A stretch of 64,000 bases of DNA from Azolla caroliniana (Eukaryota > Plantae > Polypodiophyta), in assembly GCA_043228905.1 (NCBI GenBank), contig JBHGNT010000002.1, positions 21,390,001-21,454,000 on the forward strand, read 5' to 3'. Shown here one piece after another: positions 27,188-41,300 of this stretch. The position numbers and the translations under genes are program-made. Position 1 is the first letter of the stretch; each line of letters begins with the position of its first letter. Under the pieces are notes generated by a model that did no database searches, had not been told where the DNA came from, and saw only the letters and a program-made list of their open reading frames with translations.

Positions 27188-27630
27188 TGTCATGATATGG
27201 CAAGACTCGAACCTATAACCTTATGTTATATGGGTCGAGATCTTGACCATTATACCATCTATTGTAATATGTACGATATTATTTTCATTTAAGTTTTATT
27301 ATAAGAAATTAATGTATATTCTGGATTTCTCTAGAACATTCTAGAAGCTTTAGGATTACTCCTGAGAACACTATAAAAGAAGGCACTAAGCATTATGTTG
27401 AACCAAATTGGTTCAACGCCAGTCTTAAGCCTCTTAGCCATTTTGTACTTATCCTTCACATAATATATTGGTTGTTATCATCATCTCTCTCTCTCATCCT
27501 CGCTATCTCTCTTTTCTCTTCTCTCTTTCTCTCTCTGTCGGGAGTCTTATGGAGTCTCGTCCTCTTAGTACTAATAGTACTTCTCTTCTTTAGTACTAAT
27601 TCCATCTCTGCTTTAGTACTATTCCTGACA
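27188..27630 (+). repeat. 3' LTR of chromovirus
   Basis: tgtcatgatatgg...attcctgaca. Confidence 0.92.
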
Positions 27631-27799
27631 TATGCATTCAAATGGTGGCGTGTGTGATTTCATCTATTGATCTCCACTTTTCGGTTGTCATCGAAGCACG
27701 TTTTTCACTGTGTCGAATGGTTTCGACCTGTCTTCTGATGATCAAGTCATCCTACATCATCTCCTTCCACAGGGCAAAGTTTTTGCCATCGAACTTTCA

Positions 27800-29192
27800 G
27801 ATTTCAACTCTTGTCTCGGATGTTGAAGCTATGTTGTGTTTTGTTTGAAATGGACTTCACACCTTGCTCTACAATTTGGCAGACTAAAACCAAATTCTTT
27901 GTGATGGTTGGTACATGCAAGACATTCTTAATGTATGTTTGGTTGCCCTCTTTCCCAAATGGGACATTGCCGATGTGCCGAATCAGATGATTAGTGTTGT
28001 CCATGGTCTCGACATAACCGGATCAATTTGGCTCTAGTAAGTCTCAGAACCATTCTTGATGGGACGTCATATGGTTGGAGCACTAGAGTTGATAAACCAT
28101 ATGTCTTCAGGACTTGAGGCACTAGTCAAAGTAGAAGATGACATATAATTTGCTCTATGTCTCATCACGAACATTCCACCATGGTCATCATAGTCGAAGT
28201 TGGTAGTGTAATTGGTTAGTTGTCGGCTTGTGGAAGCCAACTCACGCTTCTTCTTTCAACACTCTTCTTCATGGTGGCCGATTTGCCGCAATATTTGCAT
28301 TCGATTGAGTTTTGTCGGCTTGGACTGAAACAAAAGCTCCCCCTTCTTTTAAATGTTTCTCTTGAGTTTCCACCGTCTTATTGGTAATGAGAGTTGTTTT
28401 CATAGGTTGAAGCTTGTCCGCATCGTCCTTGGACGAATTGGCCTCTTCTTGCATGGCCGCGTCCTCTTCCTCCATCTAAGTGTGTGTAGTGCATTTGACC
28501 TTTCGAGGCGTTGCTCCTTGTTCGTTTGTCGTCGACTTATCAAACACACAATCACTATAAGTCTAATAACCTTGGCCGACAAGGTATTGGTGCATCTTAT
28601 ACTCCCAAGATGCAAAGTTGTTTCGATCCAACTTCTTGCGAGGGAGAAAGCTACCCATTTGAGTATTCATTATGTCGATGAAGATTTCTTTATTTCTTCT
28701 TCTTCCTTAGACACGAGCTATGTAGTGGCACTACAATAGCGGATAGCCGGTTTGTGGTCGGCATATCGAAAACACAATCACTATAAGCCGAGTGGGCTTA
28801 GTGGATATGCTAAATCACACGCTCTGATACCATGTAAATAATTAGTAAGAGTAATTATGTTATGCGGAATAGATTAGAAATGTGTGTGTGAAAGAGGAGA
28901 GAAGAGACACAAGATAGATAGAAAAGTAAAAAGACTCAGATGTATATTCACAAGGAGGGAAAGAGATACTTCATATAATGTCACCCTCTCTCGTCATTAA
29001 AATGCCCACTCTCTCTCTAGCAACTATAGAAGCTCATGTGTCATGGGGAATGTGGAAACTCATTGGTTATGTGTCATAGAATATGATTCTATCCCACATA
29101 GTTAATGTGTAGAAAGTAATAGCGACCTTTGACCTTTTAGTGTACAAAGGTGTGTTCACACACTATGCTTAGGTTAAGTTTGATTCTCAACA
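27800..29192 (-). mobile_element. Truncated Ty1/copia (5' LTR, PBS, gag/protease remnants), related to the element at 635-5773
   Basis: LTR 28833-29192 ending ...tttgattctcaaca; PBS gctctgatacca at 28821-28832; KNVLHVPTITKNLV; similar to 4240-5470. Confidence 0.8.
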
Positions 29193-30648
29193 GAAAGAAA
29201 ATAACATCTAAAGTTGTTATGTACACAATTCTCTAACATAAAATGATTTCTAAAAACACCTTTTTGAACACGTGAGGAATGTTGAAAAAATATGCAAAGT
29301 TAACCACATCCTCATTAAGGCGGTTCTTGAAACTTCCTATTATTTTCCTAATGTCACATATTTGGCAATATAAAACTACCTCAACATTTCAGAAGATTTA
29401 ATAACAAACAAGACCAATGGAGATATCTGAATGAAAGACCATATAATGCATACATAGAAGACATATTCATTGATACAGCCATGTATAACTGCTTCCATGT
29501 ACATATGCATCATATATATGTTTTTTGGGTATATGGCTAAGTAGGTATCACATGTATATATTTATGTCATGTTGTGTATGTATGAATTTAAGTTATGCTT
29601 ATATCGACAAAAATTATTGGCCTAACATACTAACCCTAAATCTTAGGCTAACCACACCCAATAGTTAAGGATACACCTAATGATTAAGCTTTGTGAGAAA
29701 GGAATAATGATGGGGTAATTTCTATGATTTGAACACTTGTTGTAATTTGAGATAATTGGTATGATGTATTCGACGACGAAAAGAACTAATTTTGAGATAA
29801 CATTTGAAAGTTGCTCAATAATTTTTGTTGGCTTTGACCTTTTCATACAACACAACAAAAACTAAAATTGACCAAAGCAAATACTAACATACCCCCTATA
29901 CATGCCGCACATATTTTACGTAGGATACTTACTTACGCAATATTAGATATACTTTGGGGGCATCAAAATGCCACTTAAAACATTTTTCGCGGATGATCAT
30001 TTGCGAAAGAACCCAAAAATCTATTCCATTTGGATCACATACTTTGAGTAACCATTTCCATACGTGATGACATATGACATATAAAGAAAAACAAATGAGC
30101 GTTTTATCATTGTGCTTTATATTAAAACTTGGATGAGGTTTGACAAAAGAACTTTTCATGGCTTTGATATTTGTTTCATTGATTCTAACATAATATTAAA
30201 AGCACGGACATAGATTCTTCCTTTTGACAAAGACATTTTGCGACACGGATTCTTCCTTTTGACAAAGGTTGTATTGCAAGACAGGTCTATAAAGGCGGCT
30301 TCATTTCTACATGTGCCTCTCAACGAAATAAGCTCTATTAAGGCTTATTTGGATTTCTCATTTGCTCTTTATTCAATAAAGTCTATAGAGTTTATTCCAA
30401 TTTAATGATAAAAATCGCCACACAAAAGTAGATGACTTGGTTTCCTTGTTGTCCAAGGTAACCTACTCAAATATTATAAATTCTAGAACCTTAGAAAACT
30501 ATGTTTGCTCTTTTTCTTTATCCATGTCCTAAGGAGGAGGTACTATCAGACTACAGGTTTCGGAGACCCGGAAGACATTAATAAGTTAATAAGGAAGGAT
30601 TAAGAGCATAATTAGCCGACGGAAGAAGTATTAAGACAATAATTAGCG

Positions 30649-31023
30649 ATGAGATGGCGGTCACATCATCGGAGATTGCCATTGGTGTGGATGGGTTTGG
30701 TTAGTATAGTGATTCTAGGAGTAGTGTTCAGACCTGTGTTGGTGATAGGAGGAGATAGTGAGAAGAGTAGTATTAACATTCTGGTGCCATTGAAGCTAGG
30801 ATTACCGGAGTTTGTAACATGGGCATCCGTCGAGACCCCGCCCACCAATGCCTCTCTTACGTTCTCTGGATTTGCCATCGAGGTTTTCGAGCGATGCGTC
30901 GAGAAGCTCGATTACCCTCTGAATTACAAATTCATCGGCTATGGCGATGGCATCACCGACCCTTCGTACAATGACCTCCTGCACGCACTGGTCGACTCTG
31001 AGGTATATACATACATACATACA

Positions 31024-31059
<36 letters not shown>

Positions 31060-31589
31060 TATATATATGTATCAAAACACAACAGTTTTTTGTTAGTTCC
31101 TTCTTGTTTCTCGGAAATGTATGTACTTGCTTAACCCTCGAAAGATTTGTATATTAATTATGCAATGTTTGAATTGTGGGTTGTATTTAGGACATCGATG
31201 GAGTGGTGGCCGACTTGACGATAACAATGGATCGATGGAAAACTGTGGACTTCACACAACCCTATGTGCAATCCAGCCTTCAAATGGTTGTGCCCCTACA
31301 ACCTGGCAGGAATAACCAAGATTTTTTTATATTCCTTAGACCCTTCTCAACTACACTGTGGGTTGCCATTGGGGCCCTCTTCTTTGGCACCATTGTTGTG
31401 CTCTTCATCTTGGAGTACAAGAATTCGGACGATCCGTCACAAACTGGCATTATGAAGAAGAAGCTACGGGAGATAATTTGGTAACCAAACTTGCCTTCAC
31501 CTATGCATTCTTGAAATTATATGTTTGTATTTGTGTATTGCGTATTGCGTATTGTGTATTGCGTGTTGCGTATTGCATATTACGTATGC

Positions 31590-31651
<62 letters not shown>

Positions 31652-32849
31652 TCTGTATCCATATATGTATACATCACATGTGTCTTTTTCATAACTCCAA
31701 ACTTTCATTTCTTTAATATGTTGATGCATGATGAGCTGCAATTCATACAGGAATACAACAATGTCCCTGTTCTTCTCCCAAGGTAAGCAATATACATATT
31801 CTAATTTCTCAAAACAAGCTTGATTTGTGGGTAAATCATCAGAGATTTTGATTTTGAGGATGTAACTCTCCACAACATTTGTTGACACTAAAATGAGTTT
31901 TGGACCACAGGACCAGATATTTTGTCACACTTGGGTCGCCTATTGATGGTCTTCTGGTTGATCTCTGTACTCATATTTACGTCGAGCTATACGGCGAGTT
32001 TGGCATCGATATTGGCAGCAGAACAACCGAGTCCAACAATCCAAAATTTTGTAAACCTGCAAAAGAGTCGATTAAAAGTAGGTTATCAGGAGGGATCGTT
32101 CACATCTGATTACATGATAAATAACCTCTACATTGCGGCAGACCGACTTGTTCCATTAGCTTCCGAAGAGGATTATGATAGTGCATTGAAGTCGGGGAAA
32201 GTAGCCGCAATTATCGAGGAGTCACCTTATATTCATACATTCCTTACAACCTTTGGATGCGATTACTCGAATGTGGACACAGATATCGCCTACTTTAGTG
32301 GCTTCGGTTTTGTGAGTGAATTTGTTACTCCAATCTTATTTATATCATGTGCATGGATATTGTTGTCTACACATGGCAATGATGAGGGTTTCAATCATCT
32401 TTTTCTTGTTGAGTAAAGCAGTAGAGATTTTATGATGGTTGCAGGCATTCAAGAAAAACTCATCCTTGACCAACAATTTCTCGCTGGCGATTATAACTCT
32501 GGAGCAAAACAGAGATCTCCAGAACATCAAGGATAAATGGCTGGGCTCGGGGGATTGTGCGACCAACATTAACGGCACGGCGAACATATCTCTCAGCCGT
32601 TTCTGGGGGCTATTCATTATCATCACAATATTGTATTTTTTGTGCATCCTCATGAAGATCATAAGATTGGTAATAGCAAGATATTTGACGACAGCCAATG
32701 CAGCAACTTCAACATCTAGGTCATATTCAACATTTGAGATGAGTGCCTTTGGAGAAGAGGACCCACTTTTTTCGTCACGTCGCACTTCCCTCGAACAAGC
32801 CCCAGAAATTGTTGCCGTCGCGACTCCTTTTGAGACGCTCTCTCACTAA
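30649..32849 (+). CDS. GLR: Glutamate receptor-like ion channel, short form without amino-terminal domain (GLR-B, ~493 aa, 5 exons)
   Basis: Exons 30649-31002, 31191-31480, 31751-31782 (32 nt), 31911-32311, 32445-32849 give a 1482-nt open frame. Close paralog of GLR-A, including the promoter and introns. Confidence 0.92.
31575..31650. repeat. (TG)n microsatellite in GLR-B intron 2
   Basis: Direct reading; much shorter in GLR-A. Confidence 0.9.
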
Positions 32850-33324
32850 GTGAGTGTCGTCGTATCGTGTCGTATCGTGGGGTCCGAGTTTGTGGCGATG
32901 CTCATGTGAACTAAAAAGTCTGTTCATTAATTATATCTCTCGAGGATCGTTAGGTCTGTCTATGTGGTAGCCAGCGAGTAAATGATCTATAATGCACTTC
33001 CCATGACTATGGAGATGCAAATCAACAAAGTCTTGTTGGTAAGTCGAGGTTGGGATATTGGTTACCCGCATCTAGTGATCAGTCATTTGGGGGCTTCTGG
33101 GGGGCCTCATATATCCAAAACCATCCACCCTTCTAGGGCCTGATATAAATTGAAGTATAATCTTGTATTTTAATGATATACCTAATGATTAAGGTTTGTG
33201 AGAAAGGAATTGTGATGGGGTAATTTCTATGATTTGGACTCTTGTGGTAACTTAAGATAATTGGTATGATGTATTCGATGGTGAAAAAAAAATACTTCGA
33301 GATAACATTTCCAAAAGTGCTTGG

Positions 33325-34045
33325 TGTTGGGGAATCACATGACAATACCACAATTCCAAATGGAAGCTAACAAATCATTTCCCCACTTGTGCTGCAAAAT
33401 GTAAGATAGTAATCAAACCAAATTAATCTGGACAGCAATTAAGCAAGAAACTCCACGCCCAAACACTAACAAAGAAATAATCAAGGAGTCATGAGATTTA
33501 CGTGGCAAACCCCGATGTAGGGAAAAACCACGGGACCGTTCACAATAGCACCAAAACTCCACTAATAAACAATAATCCAGTGGGTACAACAAGTTTTAAT
33601 CTCTAGTTCAAAACTAGAGTCTTTACAATCTTCAAGGTAAGTCCTTGGATCAACAAATCATCACATATAGTGGCAAAATTACAATTTTAAAAGGTTCTTA
33701 TCATAGCAGAATCTATGAAAATAGAGAGATCAAGACAATAATCCAACCGTTAGACTTGAAGAAGAGTGTCAAGAACAACTTACTAAATTTTGACGACGAT
33801 CGAAGGTCATTGTTCGTCGATGGGGGCCTGAACAATAGCTAGCTCCTCTACCTCTATCGTCTCTCTCTTTATATACTATCCATGATGTCCAAATTAATGT
33901 GGTTGAATCCCGAATCCTTTGCATTTGACAACTTCAAAAAATCCTTTAGTACCCGGTCTCCTACCCTCATCCAACTTGTTGCCTTACTTCAATAGGCATA
34001 GGTACTCCTAAATTTCTAGTACATCTCTAATTCTAGAGCACAACA
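33325..34045 (-). mobile_element. Probable solo copia-type LTR
   Basis: TG...CA-bounded insert interrupting homology with 29670-29990; contains tttacgtggcaaacccc...gggaaaaaccacgggacc LTR motif; no TSD. Confidence 0.55.
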
Positions 34046-34749
34046 AAAATTAAAAGTTTATCAAATACGAACATACCCCAGTATACATGCCACACATATT
34101 TCACATAGTATACTTACTAACACACAATCTTCGATATAATTTGGGGGCATCAAAATGCCACTTAACCATTTCTGGCGAGTGATCTTTCAAAGCGTATTGG
34201 TCTTCATAGGGGTCTCAAAACCAACCATTCAAGCTCAAAATGTACATCATATTTAAGCAAACATGGATCAATTTCCATATACTAAAAGAACATGACCAAC
34301 TTGAATCCTATCATGGAAATGCATATAAGCATTTGTTCTTTGGTTTTTTTTTGTTTTCAAGCTTTGATGCATTTTTACTAACCTCACCCGGCCAATTTGC
34401 ATACATTCCTTGGCAAATTCAAACGTGTTAGAGAAACAAATGAGTGTTTCATCTTTCTTCTTTTAGTATTACAACCTTGATACATTTCGACAAAGCATTT
34501 CTTATGGCATTGGTTGTTCATTGTTTTGGAGAATATACTAAGATGAAGGGTCATGAGTTGGAGCTTCAACAACATTTCATTTGGAAAAAAGCCAAAAATA
34601 TATTCCACTTGAATGGCATACTTTAGATACAACTTTCAAAAAGTTTAAAACCTAGATGCAATTTGACAGAAGAACTTCTTGTGGTTTTGGAAAAATTCAA
34701 AAAACATACATATTGTAATCTTGACATGCGTTTTATATTTCGACATATG

Positions 34750-35068
34750 GCTTATTCAAATTTCCCATTGGTTCTCGATGCGATAAGGTCTATATGGATT
34801 TCGAGGTGGTTTCCTTCTTGACCAAGGTGTATACGGACCCACTTGTCCTATAAGCTTAGATAACTATATTCACTCTTAATTGAGGAGGAAATATTATTAG
34901 ACTACATATTTTGGAGGCCTAAAAAGGAAAAAATTAATCAATTAATAGGGAAGGATGAATAGTAAAATTAACTAATAGAAGAAGTACTAACATATAATTA
35001 ACGATGACGTGGTGGTCACGTAACGGAACATTGCCATCGCCATTTGGCATAGATGGGTTTGATTATTG
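34750..35068 (+). pseudogene. Relic of a fourth GLR copy: promoter plus the first ~20 codons
   Basis: Diverged match to 17500-17900: aattaacgATGacgtggtggtcacgt...gccatttggcatagatgggtttgattatt versus aattagcgATGaaatggcggtcacat...gccattggtgtggatgggtttggttagt. ATG at 35004; homology then ends. Confidence 0.65.
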
Positions 35069-35406
35069 AAAGGATGATGATAGAAAGAAAAGATAAAGAA
35101 GATATATAAAGCTAAAACTACAAAGATCTATTGATAATGAATGATCATGATAGAAGGAAGAGAGAAAGAAGATACATAAATCCAAATATACAAAGCTATA
35201 TTGATAACAACTAAACCACACTACATAAACGACGTGTCTTGCTTTTAGTTTGACTTATCCTCAAGACCTTAGTTTGTGTTCTTGACCTAGGGATGTGAAT
35301 GCTCCATACCTTATATTCTTGTAGTGTTCAATGCCGTCAATTCTAAAAACACTTTCACAATTAGTATATGGTTTGTAGTCAAATGTTTAAAGTAATAATG
35401 TTATGA

Positions 35407-35439
<33 letters not shown>

Positions 35440-35971
35440 TATATATTATATATATTATATATATATATATGATGTACATTGTACATAGGAAACTTTAATT
35501 TATTAAAGTCTGGTATAAAGTGATGAGAATACTAATCAAGAGAAGATTGGAAGGGTCCATATCTCTGGGATTTGCACTATGGTGGAGATTGGAGAAAAAA
35601 GCTTGGATATTGGGAGTTCTAGGTAGACTAAAGACGTTTTGTGTGTAGAGAAATAAATGCATTGTAGAACCAACAACAGAAATACAGATTCGGTGTTTGA
35701 ATAGGTTGCATGACATCTAGCTCACTATAGCCTCTATCACGGTCTAGAAATCTAGACGCAAAACATGTCTTTTGGGAGAAGAAAGTCGAACAAGGGAGAC
35801 AATCATTGCTCTATGGTATTAATGGTAACGAGTATTCGAGCTCAATATGAAGAGTTGCAAGGCACTTCAGACACTATGGAAGTTTTGAGACTTTCCTTTC
35901 ATCAATCATGGTTAGATTCCCCCTTGGTGGACTATGTAAACAGTGTGCCGAAGTGGTGTTATACCACTCCT

Positions 35972-36262
35972 AAATAACTATATATGCCTTGACAACCCAC
36001 CCAAGAAGGTACATTACTGGTGTACATATTGGACTATAAAGACACTTCACCTAACCAATGGGAACCACCCTTTCTTCGGATAAATAAATAAATAAATTAT
36101 TATGGGGTTTCCAAAATAACTATATCTGCCTTGACAACCCTCCCAAGAAGGTACATTACTGGTGTACATATTGGACTATAAAGACACTTCACCTAACTAA
36201 CGGGAACCACCTTTCTTCGGAAAAATAAATAAATAAATAAATAAATTATTATGGGGTTTCAA
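35972..36262. repeat. Tandem duplication, ~142-bp period
   Basis: aaataactatat..gccttgacaaccc...ttattatggggtttc occurs twice. Confidence 0.85.
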
Positions 36263-38322
36263 ATCATTGTGACACTATGTTTTGTTTGATTATCATGACC
36301 ACTTTTTTCTTTCCATCTTGATGATACTTGATTATTTAGCAAGTTTACATTTGATTTTTTGTCCACGTTCTCTTAAGTTTCTGTCTCACTTTCTCTTCCT
36401 ATCCCTTTTTGTACGTATATCTCAATTTTCAAATGTTGGAGGTAGGAAAGTAAAGCAATAAACATAAACATGATTGCAATGATGAGGAAAGACCCTTTGC
36501 AAAAGACTAAAAAGGAAAGAAAAACAAGAAATGAAAAAGGGGACTCTAACTCCCAGTTTTTTTCAATCAATATGTATCTGTTAAGCATTTCATTGTTACA
36601 CACCATAATTTCACCATTTTATTTGTGGCGTATTTGGAATTACGTGGGCTTGATCAACACTTGGTAAGTAGAATTGCATTTTGGTATGTTTCGCACTATT
36701 TCGCATAGCACATAATTGTTGTGAACACTACATTCTCCATTTATTGTATGCTTTAAATAATAGTTCAATGCTCTCAAGAACTAAGCTAGAGAAAATGACT
36801 CAAAATCAAATATTGTAAATTTTTGTACACACTTTGGTTCAAGTAAATTATAATAGTAAAATGCAGTCATATAATGTTTTATGTTACTATTACGTCATTA
36901 AGTTGAGCTGACAATAAAATATGTTTGCCTTAACAAGTTATAATGTGAATACAAAACGATAAAATACGTTGAACATGGAGATGATTACGAATGGAAAGAT
37001 ATGGACCATATCAAACTAGACACAATTATGAAGCATTACCTTTATACATCCTAAAGGAGACTTTAGTTCTATAGGATATAACTAAATAGTTGATTTTATA
37101 AAGGAGACTTTAGTCCTATCAAATATGAAGACTATATGTAGTCATGAATTATTATCTGTGATTTTCAATTAAATAAATGGCGAATATATGTCAATGACTT
37201 GCCATGGGCCCATGAGCTTGTCCAACAACATCATGTGCTGAATATAATATAAATGGAAATTACATTTGGATCAAGCCTTGACCATTTTATTATACTTTTA
37301 CACAAAACATATGGTTGTTAGTCATGATGTGATAAAAAAATACTAGAACATGCAAAAACATATATATTTTAAAATTTATTAGAGAGATACAACTTTCCCC
37401 ACAAACACAATTGTATCAATAAAAATGTAAAAGCAGTTATGGGAAGGTTTACGTTTTGTTTTTAACTTGTTAAACAGGTTATTTGGTTATAGTGAGAAAT
37501 ATAATATTGTTGGTTTTGTGCATTTTACATGTTCTGTTTTAATATACGTGTACTATTTGTGCCTCACCATGCCTGTTCAAAGCCGTAAATGAAATGAGGA
37601 ATTTCTTGCATATACCCCTTTTGTCTCCTAATGGCCTACCTAGTATATTGCATGGATCCTTATATAGGAATTTCGAAATGTTTGCCACTAAATAAGAATG
37701 TGAGCAAACAATAACAATAGAGTACCAAGTTTTGGGTACAATTAACGAAAACATGTGTCTATTGAATATTCTTCCATCCAACTTTGAAATTCTTGGTTGG
37801 ATTCATTTCCTCAAGTAAAAGTAACTATACCACTAAGGTCAATGTCTATATAATCTCGCCATGAATAAACAAATAAAGAAATGAGAACTCAAAATAAACG
37901 AATACAATAAAGAAAGAAAGATCTAAGAACTCATCATAGATGGTCAATGAATAAAACACTAGAGCCTATAGAAAGTTGACTATAGCATATATGCGTCGAA
38001 CATTCATTCATATGAGATGTGACTAAATATTTAAGTCAATAAATAAATATTCAATAGCAAGGCAATGAATCTAAAATCGAATCCCTTTGAAAATTTCAAC
38101 TTACTTTTACTTTAATGAACCAACTCAACGAGTAGATAACAATGAAAAGGATATAAATGTTCATTGAGAGTATTTTATCCCAACCCTTGACAGAATGCCT
38201 CCAATCTTTGCGCTTGTTCTTTTCATTATGCTTTGCACCCCATTCCCCCCTCCCCCCTAAGAACTAGAGTTGAATGGTCACACCTCACCAAACATTACTC
38301 TATATCATCCCTATCCTCCATT

Positions 38323-41300
38323 ATGTATTGCACCACTAAATCTTCTTGTCCAGTCACTTATCCCAATTGTTGGTCACAATCTTATTCCATGAAGTATGCC
38401 TTACTATTGGCCTCGGTTGTATTCATAATTTCCATCATCACACCTTTGCCCATTGTTGCAGATGATAATACCAACTTGAAGATTCTAGTTCCCTTGAAAC
38501 TAGGATTTCAAGAATATTTGCAATGGCAATCCTCGGAGATACCTATCACACCTACTTCAAGTGTCAATTTCTCTGGATTTGCCATCGATGTCTTCCAAGC
38601 ATGTATTAACAAACTTAGTTACAAGGTTAACTATACACTTCTTGGATATGGTGACGGCGTCACTAACCCAAGCTATCAGGACCTTGTGGATAAGCTAGTC
38701 TCTCAGGTACTACTTATGATAAACTTTCATCTTAACTTACCTTGTGATAAATGATAATGAATTATTATCAGACCAAATGTTATAAATCAATGAGTTGGCT
38801 TATTTTCTATGCTACATATAACTAGATTGTGTGTGGGTTGCACAGAAACATGTGCATGCATGCATGAATAAGTGATTGAGAAGACACAAAAGACCATGAA
38901 ATGCTAAAGTTGTGCTACTTGGGCAATGTAAAGAAAGAAACTTAAAGGAAATGGCATTTTTCCCTAGGAAATATGACAAAGCTTCATGGAACAAAAACTA
39001 ATCCACTTTGAGGGTGAATATCGGGAATTGCAAACATTACGAAAACTTAAAATCGAAGATTTTAGACAACTATAAGGAACTATGTTTTGGCTACACGACC
39101 CTAAATGGCTTAGGAACTAATTGTTTCCTTTTTATTATTATAAAAAGCTATCCTCCATTGGTATTAAAATTAAATGGGCCAGAGACAATATACAAGATAA
39201 TCCAATATTACAATGAATATTGTGTAGCCATGTCGAATGACTGAAGCCAATCTTCCTAGGTAAAGATAAATAATCTTTCTAGCCAATCTTATTCATGTCC
39301 GACATATCCAAGAAAAATGTGTCATCCAACAACCCCATTCTTTGAATCTCAACATGCATCTCACGTCCCTTCATAATCTCCTTGCATTTTCAGTGTCTTT
39401 GCACTTGCAATACATGTCTATAAGAGCATTGCGCACAAAGACATTCAAGTCATAACCACTTCCAATTGTATAGTTGTAATGTCTATCATTTGATTTGCAA
39501 TCGTGATGTCTGCTAACAAACCATTTTTATAAGAAGGTTATATAATTGCTTCGCACAAGCCAGGTTTCCTTCTTTTTTGCATCTCTTTGCAAGAAAAAGT
39601 ATTGATTCATTTGGAACAGCTTTTCCTTCAATAAACAGTTAGGAACTAGTATTTTCTATAGATGTCGTACAATATATTGTAAGTTGTTTAGACCACTTAG
39701 GTGAGGGTTAATTTTTACAGTATAATAATCAAGTTCTGACAATTTAATGAGATGCCATTTTAATTTTGCTACCCTGCATCCTATGTTCCAAGCAAAATTT
39801 GTGAATAGGCATATCTTGACATTTGTGATTTACTTCTATACTCTTTGTATGACTAACACCTTTGTAGGTTGAGTGTTTATTTCAACCCCCAATTATCTAC
39901 GTAACATCATTATACCATTTTAGGAGAGGATGTTGCGCATTTAACTCCCAATTATCTTCACAAAGAACAATTTAAATTTTCTCTATTTCATTCCATGCAC
40001 AATGTGAGCTGATGCCACCCCCCCTATTACTCCATATAATAACACTTGGACCACCGTAGCCTTTAATAACATCAATATTTGTTTCTATCTTTAATAACAC
40101 TTTGATTGTGTTTAGTCTCAAATATGTAATAATGATTCTATGTGGGTTAAAGTCTAGGCACATAACATATATTTGGGTTCATAGGATATTAATGTTAAGA
40201 TACTAGAAGCTTTTCACCACTCCTTTTTTTCCAAGAAAGGAGCTACTTTCCCATTATTTAGGAGAGATTTAAGATACAAGTATATAAGTCGGGGAAACAC
40301 CCCTGCCGAGTTCAAGAATATCAGATAACGTACATATCCTCTCTTACTTTATACTTAATGTAAGTAGGTATCTAGAGTTAATGACCGACACGAAGGGAGG
40401 ATGGAAGGTGAGTAGGACACATCCAGCGTGGGGGCTGGTGGTTCCACCTCGAGCCATTTCCTTCTTGCGTCACCATCTGTGTGTTCTTCCATTTTTGCCA
40501 AAAGCATAAGTAGGCAGTGAGCACATTGTCAAAGTGGCCGCAAATCTCGTCCAACTGCCCTTGTAGGCAGTTGATAATCGAGAACCAAATATCCATGATC
40601 ATTTCCTCTTGGGGGTGTACCCAATCTTGGAAGACCTTTAGGCAATGTGGTTTTAACCCTTATAATGCTTTTATTTCCATCATTTTTGTTTTGTCCTCAA
40701 AAAATTTAGCTCGTTGAGTAGACAAAATACCTTGAAAGTAAGTGTTATATATCAACCACATTATCTAAGAATAAGATAACATCTTTGACTGATAGAAATA
40801 TAAAATAAAGCTATTGCATGAGTTTTGGGCCATTTAATTCTTCTTCTTTGCAACTTTGTTTATTATTTCTTTTTTTTTCAAAAATGTTTATTGTTTCTTT
40901 TAGTTTATCAATGCATAGAACAATGAGTGGATATCCTTGCTTGACCTTCTGTTGATCAAGAAGTACTTCGAGAAACCCTTATCAATTTTCAATTGACATC
41001 TAACTTACTTATGGAGCTATGCATTAATAATTGTGTTATACCCTTACAACATTTCTATCATGATCAATATGTGGCTACGTCCATTAGCCTCTTTAATAAA
41101 CAAACATTCATCATATGGTGTTTCAATAGTCAATGTCGTATGCATTATTATATTGTGCATATAAATCTATGCATATAAATTTCCATGTCTTTATCAATGA
41201 ATTTATTGATTATATCTTCATCTTTTCTCTTGAGTTGTCTCTATGCTTAAAGAGAATTAATTGATGGTATCTTCCTTTTTGCTCTTGAGTTTTCGATATA

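Larger units (their letters stand above)
24617..27630 (+). mobile_element. Internally deleted Ty3/gypsy chromovirus (gag-protease-integrase C-term-chromodomain; no RT/RNase H)
   Basis: LTRs 24617-25069 and 27188-27630; near-TSD gatgc/tatgc; PPT aagggggagatag at 27175-27187. gag with CLYCGGPGHIAINC; protease ALLNSGANSCF; chromodomain EYEVAAILDSK...YLVDWLGY...WEP. Confidence 0.93.

Noticed and set aside
35972-36262. Short direct repeats (also 47518-47622 and 57740-58177) as a CRISPR-like array
   Set aside because: Only 2-3 head-to-tail copies, no unique spacers, no cas genes, eukaryotic context.
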